NCBI GenBank assembly: GCA_963740085.1
Contig: CAVUCU010000003.1
Coordinates: 107,680-171,679, forward strand
Origin: Nitrospirota bacterium
Lineage (GTDB): Bacteria > Nitrospirota > UBA9217
DNA: 64,000 bases
Direction: 5' to 3'
Within the stretch, counting starts at the first letter, position 1, and each line of letters begins with the position of its first letter. The translations under genes were made by a program, and so were the position numbers. Under the pieces are notes generated by a model. The model saw only the letters and a list, made by a program, of their open reading frames with translations, did no database searches and was not told the origin of the DNA. This document shows, piece by piece, positions 35,877-47,884 of the stretch.

Positions 35877-37400
35877 ATTACACTCCGAGCATCAGACAGA
35901 AGATAACACTCGGCTATTACGCCATCGTCGCCATGATCATCGGATTGTCCGTGTTCACCTTTCTGGAACTGCGGTACATCGAGAAGAAGATCATGTTCGG
36001 CGAGGCCATCTCGGAATTTTTCGATGCCACACTTGAGATCCGGCGCTTCGAAAAAAATTATTTCCTCTACGAGCAGCATTCGGACTACGACGAGAATATC
36101 CAATACGTGTCCCGGGCCCAGGACCTCATCGACAGCAACATCGCCGGGTTCACCTCGATAGCATCTGCTGAGCAGATGGCAAACGTACAGGAAAGTCTTA
36201 AAAAGTATAAGAACTTGATGGACCAATACGCGAAGATCGGCAGAGCAATACACGGTACGAAAGAACCTGTTTGCCGCAGGGATCCGGACCACCGGGAAAA
36301 ACATAATCACCATAGCAGAGAATATCTCCAAGACCGAGCGGAAGAACCTTCAGCAGATCCTGAGCAGTTCCCGAAACATCCTTCTCGTCTCGATCGTGCT
36401 TCTCTCTCTGGCGGCTATCGCCATAGGCCAGATACTTTCGCGAATGGTGGTCAAACCGCTGAAATCGCTTGAGAAGAGCATGGGGGTTATAGCCGGGGGT
36501 ACGTTCGAGCGAATTGCCATAAAATCCAAAGACCGTGAGATCGTCTCGCTCATGAACGCGTTCAACAAAATGTTGAAAGAGCTCGAACTGCATGAGCGGC
36601 ATCTGATCCAGTCCGAGAAGCTCGCGTCCCTCGGCACCCTTCTCTCCGGCGTTGCGCATGAATTGAATAATCCCCTGTCGAACATCTCATCGTCGAACCA
36701 GATACTGATGGAGGAATTCAAGGAAGCCCTCGAGAAGCAGTCTTCGCTGCCCTGGCCGCTGGACCCCGGCTTCACCAAGGAACTGCTCTCCCAGATCAAC
36801 GATCAGACGGACCGGGCCCGGAATATCGTCCGTTCACTTCTCGACTTCTCGCGGGACAGGGCGTTCAAAAAAGAATCGCTGTCGCTCAAGAACCTTTTTA
36901 ACGAGACCATCCAGTTCGTGAAGGGACAGGTGCCGACGAACATAGTAATCTCCCTTTCCATACCCGAGGACATCGCGATCTTTGCGGACAAACAGCGGAT
37001 GCAGCAGGCATTTTTAAATTTGATCAAGAACGCCATTGATGCGATCTCATCCGAGGAAGGGACGGTCGCCATCACGGCCGTGAAGCGCCGGGCGATGGAC
37101 GACATTGAAAATGAAAAGACCGGAATCTACAACTATCTCAAGTACCGCGGAAAGTGCACGCTGGACCAGGACACGGTCGACATCGAAATACGGGACAGCG
37201 GATCCGGGATACCGCTCGATATCATTTCGAAGATCTTCGACCCTTTTTTCACGACCAAGGATGTCGGCAAAGGCTCCGGGCTCGGCCTGTTCATTGTCCA
37301 CGAGATCATCAAGGAGCATGACGGCTGCATTGCGGTGGACAGCCATCCTGACAAAGGCACAAGGTTCCTGATACGGCTGCCGATCGGGCAAGAAGCCTGA
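35873..37400 (+). CDS. Sensor histidine kinase (2 TM, HAMP, HisKA, HATPase_c) interrupted by one frameshift
   Basis: Its ATG overlaps the Lon stop (ATGA). Track ORFs 35873..36472 (TM1 plus sensor, plausible up to ...LMDQYAKIG) and 36396..37400 (TM2, [29 protein letters not shown]) are joined by the frame open from 36219 (AEQYTVRKNLFAAGIRTTGKNIITIAENISKTERKNL...). Confidence 0.75.
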
Positions 37401-37508
37401 ACCACGGATGACGAAGAATTCAATTTGGACACGAAAGGCGCGAATGAGCCAATCTCACGAATAACAACCTTGTTGTTTCGTGTAATTCGACTCTTTTTGC
37501 GTCGTTCG

Positions 37509-37524
37509 TGGCAACACATTTGAT
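37509..37524 (+). promoter_or_regulatory. Weak sigma54-like motif upstream of the NtrC-type regulator gene
   Basis: TGGCAA-cacat-TTGAT, 41 nt upstream of ATG 37565. Both core elements are degenerate. Confidence 0.3.
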
Positions 37525-37564
37525 AAAGTCGCTTTTCTACCGATTTCTCTGGAGTGAGACAACC

Positions 37565-38926
37565 ATGCAAGATCAGGCAAGACTACTCATCATCGATGAC
37601 GAACGGATCGCGCTCAGAAACCTCGAGCATGTTATGAAGAAGGAAGGCTACGACGTGACAAGCACGCAGAGCGGGCCGAATGCGCTCAAGCTGCTCGATG
37701 AGCAGCAGTTCGACGTGGTGCTCACGGACCTGCGCATGGAAAAGGTGGACGGCATGCAGATCCTGAAAAGGACCCGCGAGTTCTACCCGGACACGGAAGT
37801 GATCATGATCACCGGTTATGCCACGCTCGACTCGGCAGTCGAGACCATGAAGCACGGCGCGTTCTACTACATCGCCAAGCCGTTCAGGCTTGAGGAAGTG
37901 CGCAAGGTCGTACAAGAGGCGGTGAACAAGGTCCGGCTTAAAACCGAGAACCGCCATCTCCGGGAACAGCTTGAGACCTACCAGGGCAAGGTCAAGATCG
38001 TCACCCAGGACCCGACCATGCTGAAACTGCTCGACACCGCGCACCAGATCGCGCCCACGGACTGCAACGTGCTCATCACGGGCGAGAGCGGGACGGGTAA
38101 GGAACTCTTTGCGCGGTTCATCCACCTGAACAGCGGCCGCGCCGGAGGGCCGTTCTTCGCCGTCAACTGCGGCGCCTTTAACGAGGAGCTTTTATCGAAC
38201 GAGCTCTTCGGCCACGAAAAAGGCGCCTTCACCGGCGCGAACAACGCGAAAAAAGGGATCATCGAAATGGCCTCGGCAGGCACGCTCTTTCTCGATGAGA
38301 TCACCGAGATGCCGCCATCGATGCAGGTGAAACTCCTTCGTGTCATTCAGGAAAAGGAGGTCCTGCGCGTCGGCGGCACCGAATCGCTCAAAGTGGACGT
38401 GCGGTTCATTGCCGCGACGAACCGGGATATCCATGATTCCATGAAGACCGGCGCCTTCCGCCAGGACCTCTACTTCAGGCTGAACGTGATCTCGATCCGG
38501 ATCCCGCCTCTCGCAGAACGCAAAGACGACATCCCCCTGCTCTGCTACTATTTTTTAAAGAAATACGATGTGCTGATGAAAAAAACCGTGGCCGAGATCA
38601 GCGAGGAAGTGCTCGCACTGCTCATGAACTATGACTTCCCCGGGAATGTGCGGGAACTTGAGAACATCATCGAACGCGGAGTGGCGCTCACGAATGGCGG
38701 CGCTATCGAGACCGGCCATCTGCCCGAGGACCTGCGGGAACTCAGCATCAAGACCTTCCGGAAGAAGGAGGGCAGGATACCGTCGCTCGATGAGCAGGAA
38801 CAGACATATATCCAGTGGGTGCTCGGCGAGGTCGGCGGAAACAGGACCCTTGCGGCCCAGATACTCGGCATCGACCGGGTCTCGCTCTGGAGAAAGCTGA
38901 AGAAGTACGGGCTGGACGCGGAATGA
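37565..38926 (+). CDS. Sigma54-dependent response regulator (NtrC family)
   Basis: The start is set at [26 protein letters not shown] marks the REC domain. The AAA+ module has GESGTGKE and GHEKGAFTGA. The C-terminal HTH is AAQILGIDRVSLWRKLKKYG. Confidence 0.9.
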   Translation: MQDQARLLIIDDERIALRNLEHVMKKEGYDVTSTQSGPNALKLLDEQQFDVVLTDLRMEKVDGMQILKRTREFYPDTEVIMITGYATLDSAVETMKHGAFYYIAKPFRLEEVRKVVQEAVNKVRLKTENRHLREQLETYQGKVKIVTQDPTMLKLLDTAHQIAPTDCNVLITGESGTGKELFARFIHLNSGRAGGPFFAVNCGAFNEELLSNELFGHEKGAFTGANNAKKGIIEMASAGTLFLDEITEMPPSMQVKLLRVIQEKEVLRVGGTESLKVDVRFIAATNRDIHDSMKTGAFRQDLYFRLNVISIRIPPLAERKDDIPLLCYYFLKKYDVLMKKTVAEISEEVLALLMNYDFPGNVRELENIIERGVALTNGGAIETGHLPEDLRELSIKTFRKKEGRIPSLDEQEQTYIQWVLGEVGGNRTLAAQILGIDRVSLWRKLKKYGLDAE

Positions 38927-39343
38927 CCCGTTTTTCGGCGGGCCCGGCCAATTCCTTTCTCTCTTTTTTCCTCACGCTGCAACGGTCCCGCCTTTGCGGC
39001 AAACACTATCAAGGATTTTGTCGAAATACGGGAATTTGCACCTTTTCATTCTGCTTGTGAAATAATTGACCATCCGGAAATCGCGCGGGCTGGCGACCTA
39101 TTGGATGGAACGATCTCAATAAAAATTAGCCTGCCCAGTGCCAGAAGCCGTTGCCGGTTTCTCCCTCTTCAATGAAGAACTTATCATCAAGGGGAACAAC
39201 GCATTTATGACAAATTCGCAAAAGAGTATCTTTTAGCCACAGAAGTCTCAAAGGGCTCAGAGAAATGCTTTGGGTTTTTAAGATCTTCCTTTGTGTTTTC
39301 CGTGCATTTTGTGGCAAATCTTGACTTATTACGATTCCATCAT

Positions 39344-40273
39344 TTATGGATTACTCAAATTCAGCGGAATCGATGTTCCGTTGGACAGGAGATAATTTCC
39401 GGTTGCCCCCAGGATCTTGACACTGCCGTTACAAACGGATTTGAAAGAGAACGCCGCCGTTGCAAGAATCGTTTGCGAGGAAGTCGACGACACTTCATTG
39501 AGCACGGCCAGGCCTGAGACCGGATTGAGGACGCACTCCGGTCCCATCACCACCTTGGCCATCCCAAGTTGCAGGACGGACACCGAACCGGAGCTTACAT
39601 CGACATACTGGCCTCCTCCGCTAATACTGTACGTGTCGTCTGAAAAAACACCGGGAGTGCCGCCATCATCCACGTTGATGATCCAGGCATCCATTTTGAG
39701 ATTTACGGAAGGATCGGTCGAGGGCGTGACCGTAAGCAAGCCTAACGTGGCTTGTTTTTGCTGAGACGTCAAGGTTGCAGGATCAGCGGCCCCGGTCGAA
39801 ACATCGACATCCACATTCGCATAGACGATTTCCAAAAGGCCGGACGAGGTCCTGGTGACCGGAAACGCGGCGATATAGTGAACGGGATACAGGCCGCTCC
39901 CCGCAACCATGTTGGTGAAAGAGACGGTGAGGATCGCCGTATCTGATGAATCCCATAACCCGGTGACAATGATATTCCCATAAGACACAAATTGCAGTGG
40001 CAATGTGGAGCTGTCCACGGCAATCGTCACCACGGAGACACAGGGATATGACAAGCAGGTATTCGTTGCCGACGCGTTAGCCGGCGGTGTACCATTGACG
40101 GTCGCCATGGCAACAGAAGCGGCATAGGCCAGGGGAAGCGTCGTTCTTACCACAGCCTTCATCGGTTCTCCGCTGGGATCTTTGAAATTGCTCTTATAGT
40201 CGGAAACGCTGTCACCTTTGCTGCATCCGCCAAGCGCCAGCATGAATCCGAACACAATGCCTGATATAATCAT
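39344..40273 (-). CDS. Hypothetical lipoprotein, Ser/Thr/Val-rich beta-type
   Basis: The start is set at MIISGIVFGFMLALGGC (lipobox LALGGC). No enzymatic motif was recognised. Confidence 0.5.
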   Translation of the reverse strand: MIISGIVFGFMLALGGCSKGDSVSDYKSNFKDPSGEPMKAVVRTTLPLAYAASVAMATVNGTPPANASATNTCLSYPCVSVVTIAVDSSTLPLQFVSYGNIIVTGLWDSSDTAILTVSFTNMVAGSGLYPVHYIAAFPVTRTSSGLLEIVYANVDVDVSTGAADPATLTSQQKQATLGLLTVTPSTDPSVNLKMDAWIINVDDGGTPGVFSDDTYSISGGGQYVDVSSGSVSVLQLGMAKVVMGPECVLNPVSGLAVLNEVSSTSSQTILATAAFSFKSVCNGSVKILGATGNYLLSNGTSIPLNLSNP

Positions 40274-40437
40274 GACTGTCCGCAAGCGATGCCTTTCCTG
40301 CCGTTGAGGGCGCCAAAAAATAACTTTGCCAGCGAAGAGAAGCATTTCCCGCCTCCATGTGAATGTTTGCTTAATGAGCAGTAGAGTAATTTTATTGCGT
40401 ACTTTCTCTCACGATAGAACGCCGGCCAAATAACCGG

Positions 40438-41034
40438 TCAATGGGAAGGGAAGTACTTATTCACGGCTTCTCGTACCTCCTGCAGCCATTCGTCCCTCCG
40501 TTGGGGCGTGCTGGTGACAATGACTCCGAACGTTTTCCGATGAACATCCGTGACGCCGCAGAGACCGAAGATGCAATTCTTCCAGATCGTCTCGAGCGGA
40601 TCTCCAAAAAACTGTATTTCTCGCTCGGCTTGCGTATTGGATGTATTAAAAACGAGAGCCGCCGTTGCCTTCAATAAGCCCCTTGGCACGCCTTCGCCGG
40701 CGTCCCCTTCCATGAATTCATATGCCACGCCCGGCCGGATGACCCGGTCGATCCATCCTTTCAAAATAGCCGGCGGCTGGCCCCACCAGTTCGGATGGAT
40801 GATTATGATTCCATCGGCAGCGGCAAGCTCATCGCAATAGCGTTGTATCGCGGCGTCGAGGGGAGCCTCCTTGGGAAGTTCCGCGGCGGAAAGCGCTGGA
40901 TCGAACCGTTCCGTATAGAGGTCGTGGAAGAGGGCCCGGTGTCCGTTCTCCCGAAGGGTCGCGATAACGTTGGCTGCAATGGCATGATTGAAACTCTCTT
41001 TGTTAGGATGTGCGAGAATGACCGGGATGTTCAT
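40438..41034 (-). CDS. Flavodoxin-like-fold NAD(P)H:quinone oxidoreductase family protein
   Basis: The start is set at MNIPVILAHPNKESFNHAIA. IIIHPNWWGQPPAILKGWIDRV is typical of the Flavodoxin_2 (NQO1/KefF-like) family. Confidence 0.7.
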   Translation of the reverse strand: MNIPVILAHPNKESFNHAIAANVIATLRENGHRALFHDLYTERFDPALSAAELPKEAPLDAAIQRYCDELAAADGIIIIHPNWWGQPPAILKGWIDRVIRPGVAYEFMEGDAGEGVPRGLLKATAALVFNTSNTQAEREIQFFGDPLETIWKNCIFGLCGVTDVHRKTFGVIVTSTPQRRDEWLQEVREAVNKYFPSH

Positions 41035-41153
41035 CGTTACGTCCTGTCCATGCCATCGAAAAATAACGGGGGTCATCGTTACAAAGACTCCCTGTCAAGT
41101 GAAATAACCCACCAAAGGTCAAGATTGATGCCTTGCGTAACTCACCGGTGCCC

Positions 41154-42233
41154 CTATGACGACGCTTCCTGATGCTGTTCGAAGATCTCCTCAAATGCCG
41201 GTGCGGTCTCCTTGAACGCCTTGAGCACAGCGGGGTCGAAGTGTCCGGGCAGGGTCCTTCCGTCGCCCTCGGTGATGATCTTGTACGCCTTCTCGTGGTC
41301 AAAATCCGGTTTATAGGGTCGTCGGCTCCGCAGGGCGTCATACTGGTCGACGAGCATGACGATCCTCCCCTCAAGGGGGGTCTCCTCTCCCTTGAGCCCC
41401 CGCGGATAGCCGCCTCCGTCCCACCGTTCGTGATGGTTCAATGTGATGGCGGCAGCCATCTGGATGTTGGGGTAGGCTGATTTGGACAGTATCCTTTCGC
41501 CGATGGTCGTGTGTGACTTCATCGTTTCAAATTCTTCACGCGTCAAAGGCCCCGGTTTCAGCAGGATGCTGTCGGCGATCCCGATCTTCCCGATGTCATG
41601 CACCTGGCTGGCAAAGGTTATTGCCTCGACAAAATCCACGTCCAGGTCCATGCCTTCGGCGAGCCTGCTTGAATAGAACCCTATCCGCGCGATATGGGCG
41701 CCCGTGTCCGTATCCCTCAATTCTGCGGCTGCCGTCAACTTCTGCACGATTTCGTTGCTCATGTTTTTGAGTTCCCTGAAAGCCTCATCGAGCTCCAGCG
41801 TCCTTCTCCTGACCTCCTCTTCCAGGTTCTCGTTGTGCCTGAGCAAAAAGTCCTGTGATGCCTTGATTTCCAGGAGGTTCTTCACGCGCAGTGTCAGCTC
41901 CGACCGGTCAATGGGCTTGGAAAGGAAATCGTTCGCGCCGGCCTCAAGGCCCTTGAGCTTCGATTCCCGGTCATGCAAGGCCGTGACCATGATGATCGGA
42001 GTGTTCGCCGTTTCAAGGTTGGCCTTCATGCGCCTGCACGCCTCGTACCCGTCCATGACCGGCATCATGATGTCGAGAATAACGAGATCGGGCCGGTACT
42101 CACTGCTCTTCTGAACCGCTTCCGCGCCGTTGGAAGCCGTTTCAATAACGTACCCCATGGAAACAAGCCAGTTGACAAGCAGTTTGACATTCGGTTCCTC
42201 ATCATCCACGATCAGGATCTTTTCATTGCTCAT
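41154..42233 (-). CDS. Response regulator with HD-GYP domain (c-di-GMP phosphodiesterase type)
   Basis: 359 aa. The REC domain has ILIVDDEE and [12 protein letters not shown]. The HD-GYP domain has HDIGKIG...[14 protein letters not shown]. Confidence 0.85.
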   Translation of the reverse strand: MSNEKILIVDDEEPNVKLLVNWLVSMGYVIETASNGAEAVQKSSEYRPDLVILDIMMPVMDGYEACRRMKANLETANTPIIMVTALHDRESKLKGLEAGANDFLSKPIDRSELTLRVKNLLEIKASQDFLLRHNENLEEEVRRRTLELDEAFRELKNMSNEIVQKLTAAAELRDTDTGAHIARIGFYSSRLAEGMDLDVDFVEAITFASQVHDIGKIGIADSILLKPGPLTREEFETMKSHTTIGERILSKSAYPNIQMAAAITLNHHERWDGGGYPRGLKGEETPLEGRIVMLVDQYDALRSRRPYKPDFDHEKAYKIITEGDGRTLPGHFDPAVLKAFKETAPAFEEIFEQHQEASS

Positions 42234-45200
42234 CTATCCAGCACCTCCCTCACCTTTCTCAAAAGCTCTTTAGGGGCAAAGGGTTTGCGCATCACTTCCA
42301 TCCCCGCCTCGATCTCCATTCTGCTGATCATGTCCATGGTGTAGCCGCTCAGAAAGAACGCCCTGACCCCGGGACTTATCGCCTTGATCTCCTCATACGC
42401 CTCTTTCCCGCTCTTCTTCGGCATAACCAGATCGAGAATGACAAGCTGGATGCGGTCTTTGTTCTCCCGGTATTTCGTCACCGCTTCATCCCCGTCCTCG
42501 GCGATGATGACATTATAACCAAAGGACTCCAGGATGAGTCTTGTCAGTGTCCTCAATGAGGGATCGTCCTCGGCCACAAAGATGGTCTCCGTGCCTCCTT
42601 TTACGCCGTCGGGGGCCTCGATCTGTGCGCCGGATGCGCCCTTGTCTTCGATGAGCGGCAGATAGATCTTAAACGCGGTGCCTTTTCCTGTTTCGCTGTA
42701 GCACCGTATGTAGCCGTTGTGCTTTTTTACGATCTCATAGGTGATGGCAAGTCCGAGTCCCGTCCCCTCGCCGATCCCTTTCGTGGTAAAAAAGGGCTCG
42801 AAGATCTTCTTCTGTGTTTCGGCATCGATCCCTTTGCCGGTGTCGGCAATGACAATCAACGCATACGCGCCGACTTTGCCGTATCCGTAGGCGGCTATGT
42901 AGTCATCATCCATGTGCGCGGTTTCGGTCGTGATCATAAGGTGTCCGCCTTTGGGCATGGCGTCACGCGCGTTCGTTGCCAGGTTCATAAGCACCTGTTC
43001 GATCTGCGAACTGTCGGCCATGACCGTCAGGGGCCTGTCGACAAGGTCAACGCGCAGATCGATATCCTCGCCTATGACCCGACTGAGCATCTTTTTGATG
43101 CCGGAGATGATCCCATTCACCTCAACCGGCTTCACCTCCGCAACCTGTTTTCGGCTGAAGAGCAGCAGCTGCTTGGTAAGCACTGCGGCCCGCTCGGCAG
43201 CGGCGAGCACCTCATGCATCTGTTCGCGTGAAGGGCTCCCGGGCGAGAGGTCTTCCATTATCATGCCCCCGTACCCGATGATCACGTTCAGGATGTTGTT
43301 GAAATCATGTGCCACGCCACCCGCAAGCTGGCCGATGGCTTCCATCTTTTGCGCGTGCCGAAGCTGATCTTCAAGTTTGCGGTGCTCTACTTCCTTCTGT
43401 TTACGAGCGGTGATGTCCTCATAGATGCCCAGTATGCCGATGACCCTTCCAGCGTCATTGTGCATCGGCACCTTGAAGGTGCGCAGCCAGATGGTTTGCC
43501 CGTCGGGCGTAGTTTGCGGCTCTTCGAATCCAATCTTCTGTTTGTCGGAATCCATCACCTGCTTGTCGTCGGCACGGTATAGTTCGGCCTGTTTACTCCA
43601 GGCCATCTGAAAGTCATCCTTGCCGATCAAATCCTCCGGGCGCGATAATCCCGCATCGCGCGCAAATGCCGTATTACAGCCAAGATAGCGCAATTCGGCA
43701 TCCTTCCAGAACACACGCAGAGGGGCGTTTTCCACGATTGAGCTGAGTATGTTCCGCGACTCAATGATCGACATCTCCGTCCGCTTTCGTTCGGTAATGT
43801 TGTCGAAAACCGCGACAAAATACTCCTTTTCCGTGCTATATACGGAGATCGCGAGCCAGCCGCCGAAAGACTCTGAAAATGTTTCGAACTGCTCCGCTTT
43901 GCCGGTCAAAGCGACCCTGCCGTAGATTACGAACAGCTCCGGCAGAGACTCTTGTATACCCGGGATCACTTCCGAAACTTTTTTCCCGATGACGTCCTTC
44001 AAGCCGGTCAATTTTTCGAATGCGTCATTTACCTCGAGATAAATAAAGTCCCGGGGGACATCATTTTCGAACAGCATCCTGCAATACGCAAATCCTTCGA
44101 GCATGTTCTCGAACAGCAGACGAAAGCGTTTTTCGCTCTTCCGCAGCGCGGTTTCCGCTTCATCTTGCGCCGTCCTGAGCCGGATCGCGTCAATCCCATA
44201 GGATAGATCTGCAGCCAGGTCGGAAAGCAATCTCACTTCACTCTCGGAGAACGGGTCCTGTTCCCGGGAGTATATATTCAAAGCGCCGAAGGCCTTCCCG
44301 TCTTTAAGCAGAGGAATGGCGATCACGGAGGCATATCCGCGTTTGAGAGCTTGTTCCCGCCACGGCGCGAATATGGGATCGGCTAATATATTGCGGGACA
44401 ATAACGGCTTGCCCGTCCTGATCGCCGTGCCGGTCGGTCCCCTGCCCCGTTCGGTATCCGCCCACGTTATCTTCGCGGATTCAAGGTAGCCCTCTTCAAA
44501 ACCGGCGTAGGCGACCGGTCTGACCGTTTTCCCCTCATCGTTTTGAGCATAACCGATCCAGACCAGGGCATAACCGCAATCCTCAACGATGACCCGGCAA
44601 GCCTCGTTCAGATACCCGCGTTCATCACTGGCGGTCATCATGGCCTTGCTGCTTCTGCTCTTCGCCTTCAATATCCTGTTCAGACCCCTGAGTTCCTCCT
44701 CGGCCTCCTTACGTTCCGTGATATCCGTCCATACGCCTACGGCCTGTATCGGTCTGCCGGTCGCATCGCGCACTACGCGGCTGTTATCTTCGATCCAGTG
44801 GTACGCGCCATCCTTGCCGCGGATCCGGTATTCCGTTGAGTAACCTGGACCCTTCATTCCCTCGCTAACCACTGCCAGGATGCGGTCGCGGTCTTCCGGG
44901 TGCAGGACTTCCAACCACCAATCATATCGACAGACATCGGGCGCGTTGTAGCCCAACAACCGTTGAATATTATCGCTGACGAACACGGGGGTCAGGCTCT
45001 GCCCGTCGATCTTGAGGCTGTAGATCACCGCCGGAGTGTGCTCCAGCAAATGGAGCAACTTATCATGCGTCTCACGTAATTGCGGCTCAACCTGATAGTG
45101 ATCGCTTCTCTCATCGGCTTCCTTCAGCGCCCTGCGCACCGCAGGCGCAAGACGGAACAGTTTGGACTTGATCACATAATCCGTTGCGCCTTTTTTCACG

Positions 45201-45487
45201 GCTTCGATGACAACGTCTTCACCGATGGTCCCGGAGATGAAGATAAAAGGCACGTCCGGACATTTTTCCAGTGAAACAGCGAGCGCCGACATGCCATCGA
45301 ACGAAGGCAGGGTATAATCGGCCAGGACGAGATCGACGCCGCCCCGGTCAAGGGCCGCGATGAAGTCCGCTCTGTTGTCAACGCGGTGGATTTCGCAGTC
45401 AACACCCTCCTCGTTCAGCCTTTCCCGAATGAGCTCTGTGTCATTCGGGCTGTCTTCGAGAATGAGAATATTAAGCTTCTCGTTCAT
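42230..45487 (-). CDS. Hybrid sensor kinase (REC, PAS, GAF, PAS x2, HisKA, HATPase_c, REC)
   Basis: 1085 aa with an N-terminal receiver ([23 protein letters not shown]). H-box [15 protein letters not shown]-boxes DTGKGI and GTGLGLA, and a C-terminal receiver ([20 protein letters not shown]). There is a 4-nt overlap with the HD-GYP gene. Confidence 0.85.
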   Translation of the reverse strand: MNEKLNILILEDSPNDTELIRERLNEEGVDCEIHRVDNRADFIAALDRGGVDLVLADYTLPSFDGMSALAVSLEKCPDVPFIFISGTIGEDVVIEAVKKGATDYVIKSKLFRLAPAVRRALKEADERSDHYQVEPQLRETHDKLLHLLEHTPAVIYSLKIDGQSLTPVFVSDNIQRLLGYNAPDVCRYDWWLEVLHPEDRDRILAVVSEGMKGPGYSTEYRIRGKDGAYHWIEDNSRVVRDATGRPIQAVGVWTDITERKEAEEELRGLNRILKAKSRSSKAMMTASDERGYLNEACRVIVEDCGYALVWIGYAQNDEGKTVRPVAYAGFEEGYLESAKITWADTERGRGPTGTAIRTGKPLLSRNILADPIFAPWREQALKRGYASVIAIPLLKDGKAFGALNIYSREQDPFSESEVRLLSDLAADLSYGIDAIRLRTAQDEAETALRKSEKRFRLLFENMLEGFAYCRMLFENDVPRDFIYLEVNDAFEKLTGLKDVIGKKVSEVIPGIQESLPELFVIYGRVALTGKAEQFETFSESFGGWLAISVYSTEKEYFVAVFDNITERKRTEMSIIESRNILSSIVENAPLRVFWKDAELRYLGCNTAFARDAGLSRPEDLIGKDDFQMAWSKQAELYRADDKQVMDSDKQKIGFEEPQTTPDGQTIWLRTFKVPMHNDAGRVIGILGIYEDITARKQKEVEHRKLEDQLRHAQKMEAIGQLAGGVAHDFNNILNVIIGYGGMIMEDLSPGSPSREQMHEVLAAAERAAVLTKQLLLFSRKQVAEVKPVEVNGIISGIKKMLSRVIGEDIDLRVDLVDRPLTVMADSSQIEQVLMNLATNARDAMPKGGHLMITTETAHMDDDYIAAYGYGKVGAYALIVIADTGKGIDAETQKKIFEPFFTTKGIGEGTGLGLAITYEIVKKHNGYIRCYSETGKGTAFKIYLPLIEDKGASGAQIEAPDGVKGGTETIFVAEDDPSLRTLTRLILESFGYNVIIAEDGDEAVTKYRENKDRIQLVILDLVMPKKSGKEAYEEIKAISPGVRAFFLSGYTMDMISRMEIEAGMEVMRKPFAPKELLRKVREVLDR

Positions 45488-45498
45488 GCCTGCTCTCC

Positions 45499-45944
45499 CT
45501 ACTTGATGATCTCAGGCGGTGCTTCGTTAAAAACCGCCCAGAATGCGCCGAACGTTTTCATCGCATCGATGAATTCATGGAAATCCACAGGCTTGACCGC
45601 GAGCGTTCGCGCCGTTGCGGTAACCCTGCTCCAGGTCCCGCTCTTCCCGCGAGGACGTCAGGATCACACGGGAATGAACTTCAGTTTGTCGTCGGCCCTG
45701 ACCCGTCTCAGCACTTCATGGCCGTCCACTTTCGGGAGCTTCAGGTCGAGAAGGATCACACCGGATTGCCGGGGGCACGGGAGGCGAATTTTCCCCGCCG
45801 GTAGAGGTAATCGAGGGCCTCTTCCCCGTCGCGGGCAACTTCGACGCCGTTCGCGAGATTATGCGCCGCAAGCGCTTCAAGCGTTAGTTCCAGATCATTC
45901 GGGTTGTCTTCCGCCAGCAGTATTCTCTTCAAGTTAGTGGTCAT
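45499..45944 (-). pseudogene. Rcp/CheY-like single-domain response regulator with three frameshifts
   Basis: Frame 1 is [25 protein letters not shown]...APGNPV. Frame 2 is [31 protein letters not shown]. Frame 3 is [22 protein letters not shown]. The last frame is AVKPVDFHEFIDAMKTFGAFWAVFNEAPPEIIK. The junctions are near 45758-45761, 45666-45669 and 45598-45603. Confidence 0.7.
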
Positions 45945-47871
45945 ATGCTTTCCTCCTTGTTTTGGGGAGCGAGAACCGGATGGTAGCGCCTTCGTTTACG
46001 ACACCTTCAGCCCACGTTCTCCCCGTGTCTATGGATAACCCGCCGTACATTGGCAAGGCCCACACCGGTCCCTTCGAAATCCTCGGGCTGGTGCAGACGC
46101 TGAAAAATATTAAAAAGCTTATCCACATATTTCATATCGAATCCCACTCCGTTGTCCCTGACATATACTACCATTTCCCCATCCGTGTCAGAGGATTCGC
46201 ATCCCACTTCGATCGTGGCCTTCGGGCGCGAACGAGTGAACTTGAGAGAATTTGAAAGAAGGTTCACGAACACGAGCTTCAGCATTGCAGGATCGCCCTC
46301 CACTTCCGGCAGTTCCCTGATGTCCCAATCGATGGTTCTCCCCTTGCTGTCCTCTTTCAAATCGTGCAACGCATCATCTACAACGGTCCTTAGTTTCACC
46401 CGCGTTGCCATCATCTCGGTCCGTCCCATGCGCGAAAAGGTCAGCAGATCGTCCACAAGCCTTCCCATGTGCCTGGCCGCTGTCGATATTACCTCCAGAT
46501 AATGACGGCTCTTTTCATCGAGCGTCATGGTGCGCTTATTCAGCAGATCGACAAAGCCGGTCATGTGCCGAAGCGGGGCACGGAGGTCGTGAGAGACCGA
46601 ATAGCTGAAGGCCTCCAGTTCCTTATTAGCGACTTCCAGCTGGGCGGTTCGATCGTGAACGCGCTGTTCAAGCTCTTCATTCAGCTTATTGATTTTTTCC
46701 TCTGTTTGTTTGCGTTCGGTGATGTCGCGCGTTACTTTTGAGAACCCGCGCAACCGTCCACCCCGATCTCTTAAAGCCGTTATGATCACGTTCGCCCAGA
46801 ACCGGGACCGATCCTTCCGCAGCCGCCAGCCCTCGTCCTCGAAACGCCCGGCAGTAATCGCTTCTTGTAAATCCTGTTGTGGTTTGCCAAGTGCAATGTC
46901 TTCCCGAGAGTAAAAGTAATTAAAATTCTTGCCGATGATTTCATTTTCGCGATACCCCTTGATGATCTCGGCCCCCGAATTCCAGCTCACTACGTTCCGT
47001 CCGGGTCAAGCATGAATATTGCGTAATCGCTTACCCCTTCTATCAACAGGCGGAAACGGTCCTCACTCTCACGAAGCGCCTTCTCCGCCCGGACACGCTC
47101 TGTGATTTCCTTTTGCATATTATCTATTGAAGTGTATGATTTCTTCAACCTCGCGGCCATTTCATTGCTCGCACGGGCGAGCTCCGAAAGTTCATCGTCC
47201 CCCTCTACTTCGATCCGATGATCAAGGTTGCCGGACCGAGAATTCCGGCCTTCGCTCAGCGCAGTAATTCGTTTCGTAAAGATACTGTACACTGCATTGG
47301 AATTCGCGACAACGATTACAACGACGCCGATAAAAAAGAAAACGATAAAAGCGTTTTCACGATCTCTCGCCCGTATGGCATTTTTCTGTTCTGCCTCGCG
47401 CATTCGCTTTATTGTGTCAGTCAATGCAGAGGCGTTTTGAAATACATGACTGAGCAACCTTGTCTCGGCCTCAGCAGAAAGAAGTTCCGCTCCCCCCTGG
47501 CGCTCATTTTTTTCGCGACTGTCAATGATCTTGTTGAACACGAGGACGGTTTGCACAAATTCTTCCCGCGCTTCTTCCAGCAACGCCTTCTCTCCCCTGT
47601 TCGTTAATAGCGTATCCGCCAGATCGATCAATTTTTCAAAATCTCCCGACTTGGCGATCCACTGGATCTGCGCTCGCGCCTCCTGATGCTGCAGATACTC
47701 ATCCCTTAATATCGTCCTTTCAAAATGCATGGTCCGCATCTTTTCTACAAGACCTGTTTTTTTGTCCGCCTGGAGCACTTCCAAGTACGACCAAAGAAGA
47801 GAAAGCAATGCGATGAAAAGCACGCCGAGGGAGATGTAGGAGTTAACTCTTAGCCTTGTCCTGATTTTCAT
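45934..47871 (-). pseudogene. Sensor histidine kinase (TM, HAMP, PAS, HisKA, HATPase_c) with two frameshifts
   Basis: ORF 46990..47871 ends inside a PAS domain (...EGVSDYAIFMLDPDGT) and ORF 46007..46990 continues it (VSWNSGAEIIKGY..., SHDLRAPLRH). The true C-terminus [21 protein letters not shown] is in the frame of ORF 45934..46128. The junctions are at about 46993 and at the C4 run 46021-46024. Confidence 0.7.
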
Positions 47872-47884
47872 ACGTCATTATCCC

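Noticed and set aside
39126-39317. A 63-aa minus-strand ORF in the 417-bp spacer after the NtrC gene.
   Set aside because: It overlaps a weak word-repeat element (39237-39314), and it has no SD and no recognisable motif. It is probably non-coding.
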